This document shows positions 8,709 to 17,169 of a stretch of 34,449 nucleotides of DNA, piece by piece (the first letter of the stretch is position 1; each line of letters starts with the position of its first letter). The stretch is from NCBI GenBank assembly GCA_045656925.1, contig JAZOSC010000074.1:1-34449 (forward strand), read 5' to 3'. The notes beneath the pieces were generated by a model. That model was not told the origin of the DNA. It searched no databases and worked only from the letters and a program-made list of their open reading frames with translations. This DNA comes from Eubacteriales bacterium (GTDB lineage Bacteria > Bacillota > Clostridia > Oscillospirales > CAG-272). Made by a program: the position numbers and the translations under genes.

Positions 8709-9278
8709 ATGAAACCAACCGGAACAGTAAGACGCTCCTCGGGCATCACCCGCAGATTGGATGAGCTGGGGCGCGTCACGGTACCGAAGTCAATCAGAAG
8801 AAGCCTACGCATCCGCGACGGCGATGCACTTGAAATATTTACAGGACATGATGGCGAAATTATTTTCAAAAAATATTCCCCGATCGGTGAGCTGACAAGC
8901 TTTGCCGAGGAATATGCCGAAACCCTTTACAAAACCTGCTCCCTTTGTGTTCTCATCTGTGACCGCGACGGGGTTATCGCAGCAGCCGGAGTTTCTCCGC
9001 GAAAGGATTATCTTGACAAATCACTGACCGAGGAGCTTGAGGAGCTGATGGAAAAGCGCAGTCTGTATACCTGGCGCGACGGCATGGACAGAGTGACAGC
9101 CGTACAGGGCGCCGCTATGACCGTAAGCTGTGCCATGCCGATTCTTGCCGAGGGTGATATCGTAGGTGCCGTAGTATCTCTTGCAGGAGAAAAAGCCGAC
9201 AAGCAGCTCACAACAGACACAGAATGCAAGCTGATTCAGACAGCTGCGGCATTTCTTGGTAAAAACCTCGAATCCTGA
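8709..9278 (+). CDS. spoVT: Stage V sporulation protein T (AbrB-type N-terminal domain plus GAF-like C-terminal domain)
   Basis: RRLDELGRVTVPKSIRRSLRIRDGDALEIF...IIFKKYSPIGEL...LICDRDGVIAAAG...DYLDKSL aligns along its whole length with B. subtilis SpoVT as I remember it. RBS AAGGAG lies 7 nt upstream of the ATG. Confidence 0.9.
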   Translation: MKPTGTVRRSSGITRRLDELGRVTVPKSIRRSLRIRDGDALEIFTGHDGEIIFKKYSPIGELTSFAEEYAETLYKTCSLCVLICDRDGVIAAAGVSPRKDYLDKSLTEELEELMEKRSLYTWRDGMDRVTAVQGAAMTVSCAMPILAEGDIVGAVVSLAGEKADKQLTTDTECKLIQTAAAFLGKNLES

Positions 9279-9281
9279 ATA

Positions 9282-9323
9282 AAGAAGCCGATCGGCCGCC
9301 CTGCGGCTCAATCGGCTTCTTTT
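9282..9323. terminator. Long hairpin between convergent spoVT and the Wzy-like gene
   Basis: Outer stem AAGAAGCCGAT (9282-9292) / ATCGGCTTCTT (9311-9321). Inner stem GCCGC (9295-9299) / GCGGC (9303-9307). T-run at 9320-9323. The 3' arm overlaps the last codons of the minus-strand gene. Confidence 0.6.
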
Positions 9324-10696
9324 ACCTTTTTCTTACCCCGTATCCGCCTCAATGCAAAGGATAAAAGCGGAGAGCACCTCGGCAATCCACCCTGCTCCTC
9401 CAGTGCATTTTCTATCGCCACGAAGAAATAAACGGCAAGGAATGCGTAAGGAACGGGACAAAACTCACCGGGATTTACCAAGGACATGAGAAAAAGGCCA
9501 AGATAGGAAAGGGCAAATCCAAAGCTGCGATCACGCCATGCAGAGAACGCCACACATGCGCGCGTCACCAATTGCCAGAGCCATGCAAGAATTCCAACAA
9601 GGCCAAGTCCGCCCACAATCTGCGCGACCGATATATGATACCAGTTAATAGTCCCCTGCTTACCGCTGTACAAATCGGCGTTGCCGCGATAGCCAAGCCC
9701 GGATCCGAAAAACGGATTTGAAAGAAAATCATCAAAGCCTCGCTGCAGAAGCGGCCAGCGCACCTCTGTAGGATTCACGTATCCCAGCGCACGCATATTT
9801 GCAAGAAGAACATATGCAAGATAGCCCATCGCCATCAGACAAAGCAGGAAAAAGGTTTGGCTCCACAAACGTCTGACAGGCTCCTCCTCGGTTCGCCACC
9901 CCCAGAAAAAGCAGCACAAAAATTCAATGCCGATAAAAATCTGCGCCCCGCGCGAGCCTGCCAGCATGCCTGCAGCAAACATCAAAAACGCAAGACCGTA
10001 ATGATAAAGTCTGCGCTTTTTCACGGCCAAGGCACCGGGTAGGGCCAGCATCAGCATGGTGCCGATATTATTGGCCCATTGCGGCGCCTCGAAAAGCTGT
10101 GCTATGCCCTTTTCTATAAAAAGCGGCACATTGTGCCAAAAAACAATTGCCGCCGCAACCAGCCCCCAGCGCAGCAAATCCTGTGCCAGCATATCACGGT
10201 CATCTTGATTTTTGACCGTATTTTTTAATATCAGGTAGGAAAGCACCAGTACAGGCCCAAGTCCCGCCATAAAGCCAAGCGAGGCAGGCCTGAAATAATC
10301 CTCAACGGAAATCATACCGATACCGCCAAGCAGAACTGCTGCCGCCACCGCGATCAACGGCGGCAGCGTCGGCCCCCACAGGAAGCGCGGACGCAAACGG
10401 ACAATATGCCATATCAATGCACCGACAGGTATCGGCAGCAGCCAGATATAGCGGATGAACACTGAAAAAGAATCATAGCAAAATATCAACAGCAAGCAAA
10501 GCAATAAAAACGGAAGCGTGAGATATTTCGTGTCACGCAACAGCACAAGTCCCACCGAAATCAAGAGCAAAAGCGCAATTGCAAAGGGGGCGATCCTTGC
10601 GGTTTCGCCCCCCGTAAGCACCGCAACCAGAAAAACGGCAACACAAAGGGCATCGCGTGCGATTTCCGTTCCGTATTTTCTGATAACAGTTTTCAT
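9308..10696 (-). CDS. O-antigen ligase / Wzy-type polymerase-like polytopic membrane protein
   Basis: 462 aa with about 10-12 hydrophobic helices. A central loop with a GSRGAQ-type motif is typical of the Wzy_C / O-antigen ligase family. It lies directly downstream (5-nt gap) of the BY-kinase gene. Confidence 0.6.
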   Translation of the reverse strand: MKTVIRKYGTEIARDALCVAVFLVAVLTGGETARIAPFAIALLLLISVGLVLLRDTKYLTLPFLLLCLLLIFCYDSFSVFIRYIWLLPIPVGALIWHIVRLRPRFLWGPTLPPLIAVAAAVLLGGIGMISVEDYFRPASLGFMAGLGPVLVLSYLILKNTVKNQDDRDMLAQDLLRWGLVAAAIVFWHNVPLFIEKGIAQLFEAPQWANNIGTMLMLALPGALAVKKRRLYHYGLAFLMFAAGMLAGSRGAQIFIGIEFLCCFFWGWRTEEEPVRRLWSQTFFLLCLMAMGYLAYVLLANMRALGYVNPTEVRWPLLQRGFDDFLSNPFFGSGLGYRGNADLYSGKQGTINWYHISVAQIVGGLGLVGILAWLWQLVTRACVAFSAWRDRSFGFALSYLGLFLMSLVNPGEFCPVPYAFLAVYFFVAIENALEEQGGLPRCSPLLSFALRRIRGKKKVKEAD

Positions 10697-10701
10697 ATCA
10701 A

Positions 10702-12249
10702 TTATTGTCCTTCCCCAGCAGGTGCTTCTGATTCCTCAGACTTCGGGCGCGGTCCCTCAATACGGGAATATTTGCTGTAACGCTGATATTTATTGTAAGG
10801 CGAGTAATAGCCGTAGCTACCGCCGCGCACGCTGACGTCATTCAGCACAAAGCCTGCCAGATTTGCGTGCACGCTCTCCATAACATCTACAACCTCGCAC
10901 ACATTATCAATCTTCGAATATCCTGCGCGGACCACCAGCAGATATGCTGACAGATGCTTCGTAAGCACGCCTGCATCAGCAGTTTCAAGAATGGGCGGCA
11001 GGTCAATAAAGATGTAATCGTACTGTGCGCGGCAAAGCTCAAGGAACGATTTCATGCGGTCCGAAGACAAAAGCTCTGAGGGGTTTGGCGGAACGTGACC
11101 GCAGGTCATCAATTCCAGCCCATGATAGGAGGTTTTGAAAACAGCGGCCTCAAAAATATTGGTTTCTATACCCGCAAGCACCTCAGATAAGCCGTGACTG
11201 TGTCCGTCCACACCAAAAATTTTGTGCTGTGCGGGACAACGCATATCACCGTCAATCAGAAGTACACGCTTACCAAGCTGTGCAAAGCTGATTGCCACAT
11301 TGGCAATCACCACGCTTTTACCCGCACCTGCATAGCCTGAGGTAATGCCGAAAACGGGCGCACCTTCTCCCTCGTAAGGCACGTAGGTCATATTGGTACG
11401 CAACGCCTTAAAGGCCTCCACAACCGAAAAGGGAGTTTTATCGCCAAGCAGGCGCTCCTCGTAATCGCGTTGAATTGCACCTGTACGCCGTTCGGGGGCA
11501 TCGATATTGGCATCGTGTGAGCGCTTTTTGCCCATTTCGCTTCGCTTCACCCACTGTGGGATCTGCCCGACAACGGGCAGCTTGGAAACCGATTTCAAGC
11601 CCTCCTCACTGTACACGGTCTTATCAAGGAAGGCCGAAAGGAAAAATGCCACGTAGGTCACAATCAGAGCAACAGCACCACCGATGACCACGTTGAGTAC
11701 CACGTTGGGAGAATCGGGCGTGGCTGCAAGATGCCCGTACTCAATCAACTTAATATTGATGTACTGTGCAGTACCCTCATTCAGCAAAAATGAGGGCGCG
11801 ATCTCCTCAATAATCTGCAGCACATCATACGCTGCCTGACGGTCGGTCGAGGCAACCTTCACGTTGAAAACGGGAAGCTCCTCCTGTGCAGACACAGACA
11901 CCATAGAGGACACCGCAGAAAGCGTAAGAGGCTTATCTGCATGGCGCAGGTTATATTCGCGCAAAACCTCACCGAGGAATACATTACCCGTAATTTCGTA
12001 TGCATAGCCCGCTGCCATCTGTGCAGCACCGCTCTGGTAGCTGTTGCTGCCCATGCTGGGAGAGCTATATACATTCTCGACGGAAAACTGTGCACGCGAG
12101 GAATATATGGGAGAAATCATTAATTTGGTGTAAGCAAGCATCGCACCTGCACCAACGACAAGTGCAAGAATCAGCCACACCAGACGGCGGCGCACCACCG
12201 CCCACAGAAAGCCGACTGTAACCTCGTTGTTTTTGACCTGTTCACTCAT
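10702..12249 (-). CDS. Polysaccharide co-polymerase (Wzz-like) fused to a BY-type tyrosine autokinase
   Basis: TM1 plus extracellular Wzz region plus TM2 (VVIGGAVALIVTYVAFFL). This is followed by a P-loop kinase with Walker A GYAGAGKS, Walker A' VLLIDGDMR, Walker B DYIFIDLPP and a C-terminal Tyr cluster GSYGYYSPYNKYQRYSKY. Start chosen at the ATG at 12249, which forms an ATGA overlap with the capD-like stop. Confidence 0.85.
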   Translation of the reverse strand: MSEQVKNNEVTVGFLWAVVRRRLVWLILALVVGAGAMLAYTKLMISPIYSSRAQFSVENVYSSPSMGSNSYQSGAAQMAAGYAYEITGNVFLGEVLREYNLRHADKPLTLSAVSSMVSVSAQEELPVFNVKVASTDRQAAYDVLQIIEEIAPSFLLNEGTAQYINIKLIEYGHLAATPDSPNVVLNVVIGGAVALIVTYVAFFLSAFLDKTVYSEEGLKSVSKLPVVGQIPQWVKRSEMGKKRSHDANIDAPERRTGAIQRDYEERLLGDKTPFSVVEAFKALRTNMTYVPYEGEGAPVFGITSGYAGAGKSVVIANVAISFAQLGKRVLLIDGDMRCPAQHKIFGVDGHSHGLSEVLAGIETNIFEAAVFKTSYHGLELMTCGHVPPNPSELLSSDRMKSFLELCRAQYDYIFIDLPPILETADAGVLTKHLSAYLLVVRAGYSKIDNVCEVVDVMESVHANLAGFVLNDVSVRGGSYGYYSPYNKYQRYSKYSRIEGPRPKSEESEAPAGEGQ

Positions 12250-14120
12250 GACTGTTTTTCTCCTTCGGTTTGGGGGATTTGAATACTGTGACATTCATCA
12301 ATATGGTAGGTTGGGACAAGCGTCTGAATCATAGAAAGCAGCAGAGGGCTATTCTCCTTCGCCGCCTCACGCATTTCCGCAAGCGTCTGGAGCAAGCTGG
12401 TCTCGTCAAAATGAATCGGCTTGCCGATATAAATCATTTTGTTGGGAGTTTTCTGCATTCCCTCCTCGTCCATCAAAAGCTCCTCAAACAGCTTTTCACC
12501 CGGACGCAAACCCGTAAAAATAATATCAATATCATGATAAGGACGGTAGCCCGACAGCCTGATCAGATTTTCAGCCAAGGAAACAATTTTAACGGGCTTG
12601 CCCATATCCAGCACAAATATTTCACCGCCCGTAGCATATGCACCCGCCTGTAAAACAAGAGAAACCGCCTCGGGAATGGTCATAAAATAACGAATGATGT
12701 CCTTATGCGTCACGGTTACGGGGCCACCTGCCGCAATCTGCTTCTTAAAAAGCGGAATGACCGAGCCGTTGCTGCCCAAGACGTTGCCGAAGCGCACCGC
12801 AACATAATCGGTTTTCTCGGAGCGTGCGGCAAAATACTGTACAATCATTTCACAGATGCGCTTCGTTGCCCCCATCACGTTGGTGGGATTCACAGCCTTA
12901 TCCGTAGAAATCATCACAAAGCGCTCTGCACCAAACACATCTGCCGCATGGGCAACGTTATAGGTACCGAATACGTTATTTTTCACCGCCTCGGCAGGGC
13001 TTTCCTCCATCAGGGGCACGTGCTTGTGCGCGGCTGCGTGAAAAACGATATCGGGACGCACTGCCTCAAACACCTGCGAAACACGCACCTCATCACGCAC
13101 ACTGCCAATCAGCACACGGAGCGTGAGCGCAGGATATTGGCGACGCAGCTCCATTTCGATGTCATAGGCACTGTTTTCGTAAATATCAAAAATGGTCAGG
13201 CTTGCAGGATTGTGTGCGGCAATCTGTCGGCAAAGCTCACTGCCAATCGAGCCGCCGCCGCCCGTTACCAGAATGTTTTTACCCTCGATATAGGCAAAAA
13301 CCTCCTGATTATTGATGCGAATGGGATCGCGACCAAGCAGGTCGGTAATATTCACATCGCGCATATGTCCGATGGTGGCCTTACCCTCAAGCACCTCGTA
13401 AATGCCGGGAAGCACGCGTACCTTACAGTGTGTGCGGGCGCAAATCTCACAGATTTCGGCGATATCCTGTCCGCGCGCCGTGGGAATTGCCACGAATATC
13501 TGCTCAATCTGATGCTTTTTCACCATAGCCTCAATATCATACCGTGTACCCACGACAGGAACGCCGCATACGGTGGTGCCGCGCTTTTGCACATCATCAT
13601 CAATCACACATAAGGGGAAATATTTTACCTTATCCGATATTTTCATCTCGCGAATCATCATAGTACCCGCATCGCCACCGCCAATCACCATGACGGGAAC
13701 CTTGCCTGCACGGCCCGAAAAATGATAACGGCACGCCGCAGTAAAGCGGAAGGAAAAACGGGCGAATGCTGTAAGATTGAAAAAGACACCGAAAATAATA
13801 ACTGCCTGTGCAATACCAATTTGCCCCGTAATCCCTCCCACAATCACCGTTGGGAAAAATGCAACGAGAATCGCGCCAAGCAGTCGCAGCATTTCATCAA
13901 AGCCCGCATGATGCAGGGGCATACGGTACAAACTAAGCAGCATAAAGCTGATCAGCGTAACGGCAAAGATAAAGACAATGCCAAGCATGCTGTCAAAAAC
14001 CGTACGAACGGTACCGCCAACAGCAACGTGTGCAAAAAGCACTGAAAGCGCCAGGAAAAACAAATCCGCCAGAAAAAGAGCCAAATACTTCTTCAGTTTA
14101 TTTATGCCTATCCGTTTCAT
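12246..14120 (-). CDS. Membrane-anchored NDP-sugar 4,6-dehydratase/epimerase (CapD / PglF / WbpM family, Polysacc_synt_2)
   Basis: Four N-terminal TM helices, then Rossmann motifs VMVIGGGDAG and LVTGGGGSIGSEL and a FHAAAHKHVP catalytic region. Start chosen at MKRIG (ATG at 14120) because it has the RBS AGAGGTG at 5-nt spacing. The longer ORF start at 14162 lies at or above the predicted transcription start. Confidence 0.88.
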   Translation of the reverse strand: MKRIGINKLKKYLALFLADLFFLALSVLFAHVAVGGTVRTVFDSMLGIVFIFAVTLISFMLLSLYRMPLHHAGFDEMLRLLGAILVAFFPTVIVGGITGQIGIAQAVIIFGVFFNLTAFARFSFRFTAACRYHFSGRAGKVPVMVIGGGDAGTMMIREMKISDKVKYFPLCVIDDDVQKRGTTVCGVPVVGTRYDIEAMVKKHQIEQIFVAIPTARGQDIAEICEICARTHCKVRVLPGIYEVLEGKATIGHMRDVNITDLLGRDPIRINNQEVFAYIEGKNILVTGGGGSIGSELCRQIAAHNPASLTIFDIYENSAYDIEMELRRQYPALTLRVLIGSVRDEVRVSQVFEAVRPDIVFHAAAHKHVPLMEESPAEAVKNNVFGTYNVAHAADVFGAERFVMISTDKAVNPTNVMGATKRICEMIVQYFAARSEKTDYVAVRFGNVLGSNGSVIPLFKKQIAAGGPVTVTHKDIIRYFMTIPEAVSLVLQAGAYATGGEIFVLDMGKPVKIVSLAENLIRLSGYRPYHDIDIIFTGLRPGEKLFEELLMDEEGMQKTPNKMIYIGKPIHFDETSLLQTLAEMREAAKENSPLLLSMIQTLVPTYHIDECHSIQIPQTEGEKQS

Positions 14121-14174
14121 ACTGTCACCTCTTTGCTTCGATAGCAGCTCACCACGAAGCATATTATCTTTTTT

Positions 14175-14203
14175 ATTTTAATATATTAAAGTCCGTTTGT
14201 CAA
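14175..14203 (-). promoter_or_regulatory. Sigma-A type promoter of the three-gene polysaccharide module
   Basis: On the minus strand, TTGACA (14203-14198), a 17-nt spacer, then TAAAAT (14180-14175). Confidence 0.55.
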
Positions 14204-14285
14204 TAGCAAACGCACAAAAGCTGTATCCGATGCCTTTTTGCCGCTATTTTCGGTGTGTCTGAACGAATATCTCCCCATACGCAGC

Positions 14286-14320
14286 AAAAAGCAACCGTGC
14301 CGCAGCACGGGTGCTTTTTG
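14286..14320. terminator. Bidirectional hairpin terminator downstream of nrdG
   Basis: Stem GCAACCGTGC (14291-14300) / GCACGGGTGC (14305-14314) with one mismatch and loop CGCA. It is flanked by an A5 run on the left and a T5 run on the right. Confidence 0.75.
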
Positions 14321-14332
14321 CTCTGTTTTCCG

Positions 14333-14863
14333 TTAATCTCTTGTATGATCGTCCCAAATTACGATCCCGCCCAACGCTCTCGTACGGTCAAGGTCAATCA
14401 AACGCTGATTGGCAGAGCCGCGGAAGCGCAGGCGGATATCGTAAAGCTCCTGCACAAATTCGCCGTCGACAAGCACGTTGATGTAGGAGAGCAGCTCATC
14501 GGTTACCTCACAATGTGGAAAGCCACCCTCCGTCAGCTCCTCCAGTCTGTACCCCGAATAGCACCAAACAGTTTTAGTGGGGTAACGGGTGTGTATTTTC
14601 TGCAAAAGAGGCAGAAGCGCACGCTGATTCGATGGCTCCATCGGCTCACCGCCAAGAAGCGTCAGCCCCGCAATAAAATCGGGGGCTAGCAAATCAAGAA
14701 TTTCCTGCTCTGTTTCAGAGGTAAAGGGCTTTCCATATTCAAAATCCCACGTATCGGGATTGAAGCAGCCCTTACAGTGATGCGTACAGCCTGACACAAA
14801 AAGCGATACACGTACACCCGGTCCGTCTGCAATATCCCGTTTTTTAATTACACCGTAATTCAT
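14333..14863 (-). CDS. nrdG: Anaerobic ribonucleoside-triphosphate reductase activating protein (radical SAM)
   Basis: MNYGVIKKRDIADGPGVRVSLFVSGCTHHCKGCFN carries the CxxxCxxC radical-SAM cluster motif. The ATG at 14863 lies 1 nt after the nrdD stop (TGAtATG). The longer ORF to 14953 overlaps nrdD. Confidence 0.92.
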   Translation of the reverse strand: MNYGVIKKRDIADGPGVRVSLFVSGCTHHCKGCFNPDTWDFEYGKPFTSETEQEILDLLAPDFIAGLTLLGGEPMEPSNQRALLPLLQKIHTRYPTKTVWCYSGYRLEELTEGGFPHCEVTDELLSYINVLVDGEFVQELYDIRLRFRGSANQRLIDLDRTRALGGIVIWDDHTRD

Positions 14864-14864
14864 A

Positions 14865-17048
14865 TCAAAGGTGCAGAACGCGCTCCTGAATTTCCTTGGT
14901 TCTGCCCTGATTCCAATACTGCGTACCGATATAACCGCAGGTGCGGCGCGCAACGTTCATCTTATTCTGATCACGGTTGTGGCAGTGCGGGCACTCCCAT
15001 ACCAGCTTACCGTCATCCTCTACAATCTGAATTTCTCCGTCGTAGCCGCAGACCTGGCAATAATCGCTCTTGGTATTCAGCTCGGCATACATAATGTTGT
15101 TGTAAATAAATTTCATGACCTCAAGCACAGCGGGAAGGTTATCCTGCATATTCGGCACCTCAACGTAGCTGATGGCCCCACCGGGGGAAAGCTCCTGGAA
15201 CCTCGACTCAAACGCAAGCTTATCAAACGCATCAATTTCTTCAGTAACGTGAATATGATAGGAATTGGTGATATAGCTGCGATCAGTGACGCCGGGAATC
15301 TTACCAAAGCGCTTCTGCAGACATTTGGCAAACTTATAGGTAGTGGATTCAAGAGGCGTGCCGTAGAGCGAATAATGAATATCCTCCGCATCTCTCCAGC
15401 GCTTGCAGGCATCATTCAGATGGCGCATCACCTCAAGACCGAATTTTTCACCCTCAGGATCGGTCAGCTTTTTGCCGGTAACGGCGTATACGCACTCCCA
15501 AAGACCTGCATAGCCAAGCGAAATGGTGGAATAGCCGCCGTGAAGCAGCTTCGTAATAGGCTCACCCTTATTCAGACGGGCAAGCGCACCGTACTGCCAG
15601 AGAATGGGTGCCGCATCGGAAAGCGTACCCTCAAGGCGCTCGTGACGGCACTGAAGCGCACGATGGCAAAGCTCAAGGCGCTCATCCAGCACCTCCCAGA
15701 ATTTTGCGATATCCCGCCCCTCAAGGGTTGCGGTGCAGGCAGCATCCACAAGATTGATGGTAACAACACCCTGATTGAAGCGGCCGTAATACTTCGCCTT
15801 ACCGGTTTCATCCACAAAGGTGGTAAGGAAGCTGCGACAGCCCATGCAGGTATAGCACTGACCGTCGCCATTATCGTCAACCTTAAGCTGCTTCATCACC
15901 TTTTCGGAGATATAGTCGGGCACCATGCGCTTTGCGGTGCACTTCGCCGCAAGCTGCGTAAGCTCCCAATAAGGAGAATCCTCGTGAATGTTATCCTCCT
16001 CAAGCACGTAGATGAGCTTGGGGAAGGCAGGAGTAACGTATACACCGGCCTCATTCTTCACGCCGCGGATGCGCTGGCTCAGCACCTCACGGATAATCAG
16101 TGCAAGGTCGCTCTTGGTCTGGGGATCCTCCACCTCACCAAGATACATAAACACTGTAACGAAGGGAGCCTGGCCGTTGGTGGTAAGCAGTGTAACAACC
16201 TGATACTGAATGGTCTGTACGCCGCGGCTGATTTCCTTCAGCAGTCGCGCCTCCACAATCTCGGCAAGCTTGTCCTCGGAGGGGGCTATGCCAAGGCTCT
16301 CCATTTCAGCAGCAACCTCGCGTCTGATCTTCTCACGGGAAACCTGCACGAAGGGTGCAAGGTGAGAAAGCGAAATGCTCTGGCCGCCGTACTGGTTGGA
16401 GGCAACCTGTGCAATAATCTGGGTTGCAATATTGCAGGCGGTAGAAAAGCTGTGGGGCTTTTCAATCAGCGTACCGCTGATTACCGTGCCGTTTTGCAGC
16501 ATATCCTCAAGGTTCACCAGGTCACAGTTGTGCATATGCTGTGCAAAATAGTCGGCATCATGGAAGTGAATAATTCCCTCCTCGTGTGCACGGACAATAT
16601 CCTCAGGCAGCAGGATACGGCGTGTCAGATCCTTCGAAACCTCGCCCGCCATATAATCACGCTGTACACTGTTAACGGTGGGGTTTTTGTTGGAGTTCTC
16701 CTGCTTAACCTCCTCGTTATTACACTCAATCAGGGAAAGAATATTTTCATCGGTAGTATTGGCACGGCGCGCCAGATTGCGGGTAAAGCGGTAACGGATA
16801 TAGCGCTTGGCGGTTTCAGGTGCATTTTGCTGAATAATCAGTGTTTCAACAAGCTCCTGAATCTCCTCTACGGAGAGGGCACGGCCAACATCCTCACAAT
16901 AATCCTCAATTACAAAGGAAATATAGTCAATTTGTCGCTTTGTCAGCTCCGGCTTGCCCTCACCGCTTTCGTTTGCGCGCTCGATTGCACGCACGATTTT
17001 CGCACGGTCAAAGGTTACCTCAGAGCCGTTTCTCTTAATGATTTTCAT
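14865..17048 (-). CDS. nrdD: Anaerobic (class III) ribonucleoside-triphosphate reductase
   Basis: N-terminal ATP-cone (MKIIKRNGSEVTFDRAKIVRAIERA), a C-terminal Zn site CQVCGY...CPHCHN and the glycyl-radical motif RRTCGYIG. Confidence 0.95.
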   Translation of the reverse strand: MKIIKRNGSEVTFDRAKIVRAIERANESGEGKPELTKRQIDYISFVIEDYCEDVGRALSVEEIQELVETLIIQQNAPETAKRYIRYRFTRNLARRANTTDENILSLIECNNEEVKQENSNKNPTVNSVQRDYMAGEVSKDLTRRILLPEDIVRAHEEGIIHFHDADYFAQHMHNCDLVNLEDMLQNGTVISGTLIEKPHSFSTACNIATQIIAQVASNQYGGQSISLSHLAPFVQVSREKIRREVAAEMESLGIAPSEDKLAEIVEARLLKEISRGVQTIQYQVVTLLTTNGQAPFVTVFMYLGEVEDPQTKSDLALIIREVLSQRIRGVKNEAGVYVTPAFPKLIYVLEEDNIHEDSPYWELTQLAAKCTAKRMVPDYISEKVMKQLKVDDNGDGQCYTCMGCRSFLTTFVDETGKAKYYGRFNQGVVTINLVDAACTATLEGRDIAKFWEVLDERLELCHRALQCRHERLEGTLSDAAPILWQYGALARLNKGEPITKLLHGGYSTISLGYAGLWECVYAVTGKKLTDPEGEKFGLEVMRHLNDACKRWRDAEDIHYSLYGTPLESTTYKFAKCLQKRFGKIPGVTDRSYITNSYHIHVTEEIDAFDKLAFESRFQELSPGGAISYVEVPNMQDNLPAVLEVMKFIYNNIMYAELNTKSDYCQVCGYDGEIQIVEDDGKLVWECPHCHNRDQNKMNVARRTCGYIGTQYWNQGRTKEIQERVLHL

Positions 17049-17111
17049 ATTTTCCCTTTCCCTTCCGGCGCCACCTGCGCCTCAACATTTAGGTGCAATT
17101 TCCAAAAATAA

Positions 17112-17127
17112 ACACAATATCTTGTGC
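17112..17127. promoter_or_regulatory. NrdR box (operator of the nrd repressor NrdR)
   Basis: ACACAATATCTTGTGC matches 14 of 16 positions of the palindromic NrdR-box consensus acaCwAtATaTwGtgt as I recall it. It lies just downstream of the predicted nrdD -10 element. Confidence 0.55.
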
Positions 17128-17140
17128 CACGGCAGAAAAT

Positions 17141-17169
17141 AGTATAGCACGATACAGGCAAAAAGGCAA
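17141..17169 (-). promoter_or_regulatory. Sigma-A type promoter of nrdDG
   Basis: On the minus strand, TTGCCT (17169-17164), a 17-nt spacer, then TATACT (17146-17141) preceded by TGc (extended -10). Confidence 0.5.

Noticed and set aside
12705-13613. 302-aa + strand ORF
   Set aside because: It is codon-aligned antisense to the CapD/PglF-like dehydratase gene, and its product shows no recognisable motifs.
14864-14953. 30-codon N-terminal extension of the nrdG ORF
   Set aside because: The extension overlaps the nrdD C-terminal coding region. NrdG homologues start at MNYG..., immediately after the nrdD stop.
14871-17111. 746-aa + strand ORF, longer than any real gene nearby except the beta-helix protein
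   Set aside because: It is the exact codon-aligned antisense frame of nrdD, whose identity is unambiguous (ATP-cone, glycyl-radical motif). The product is low-complexity and rich in Leu, Ile, Gly and Asn. It has no RBS and it spans the nrdD promoter region. It is a shadow ORF caused by the absence of TTA, CTA and TCA codons in nrdD.
17135-17150. Possible second NrdR box
   Set aside because: Only one half-site (CTATA) matches the consensus. The sequence is equally well explained as the TGcTATACT extended -10 of the nrdD promoter. It is kept only as a remark in the findings.
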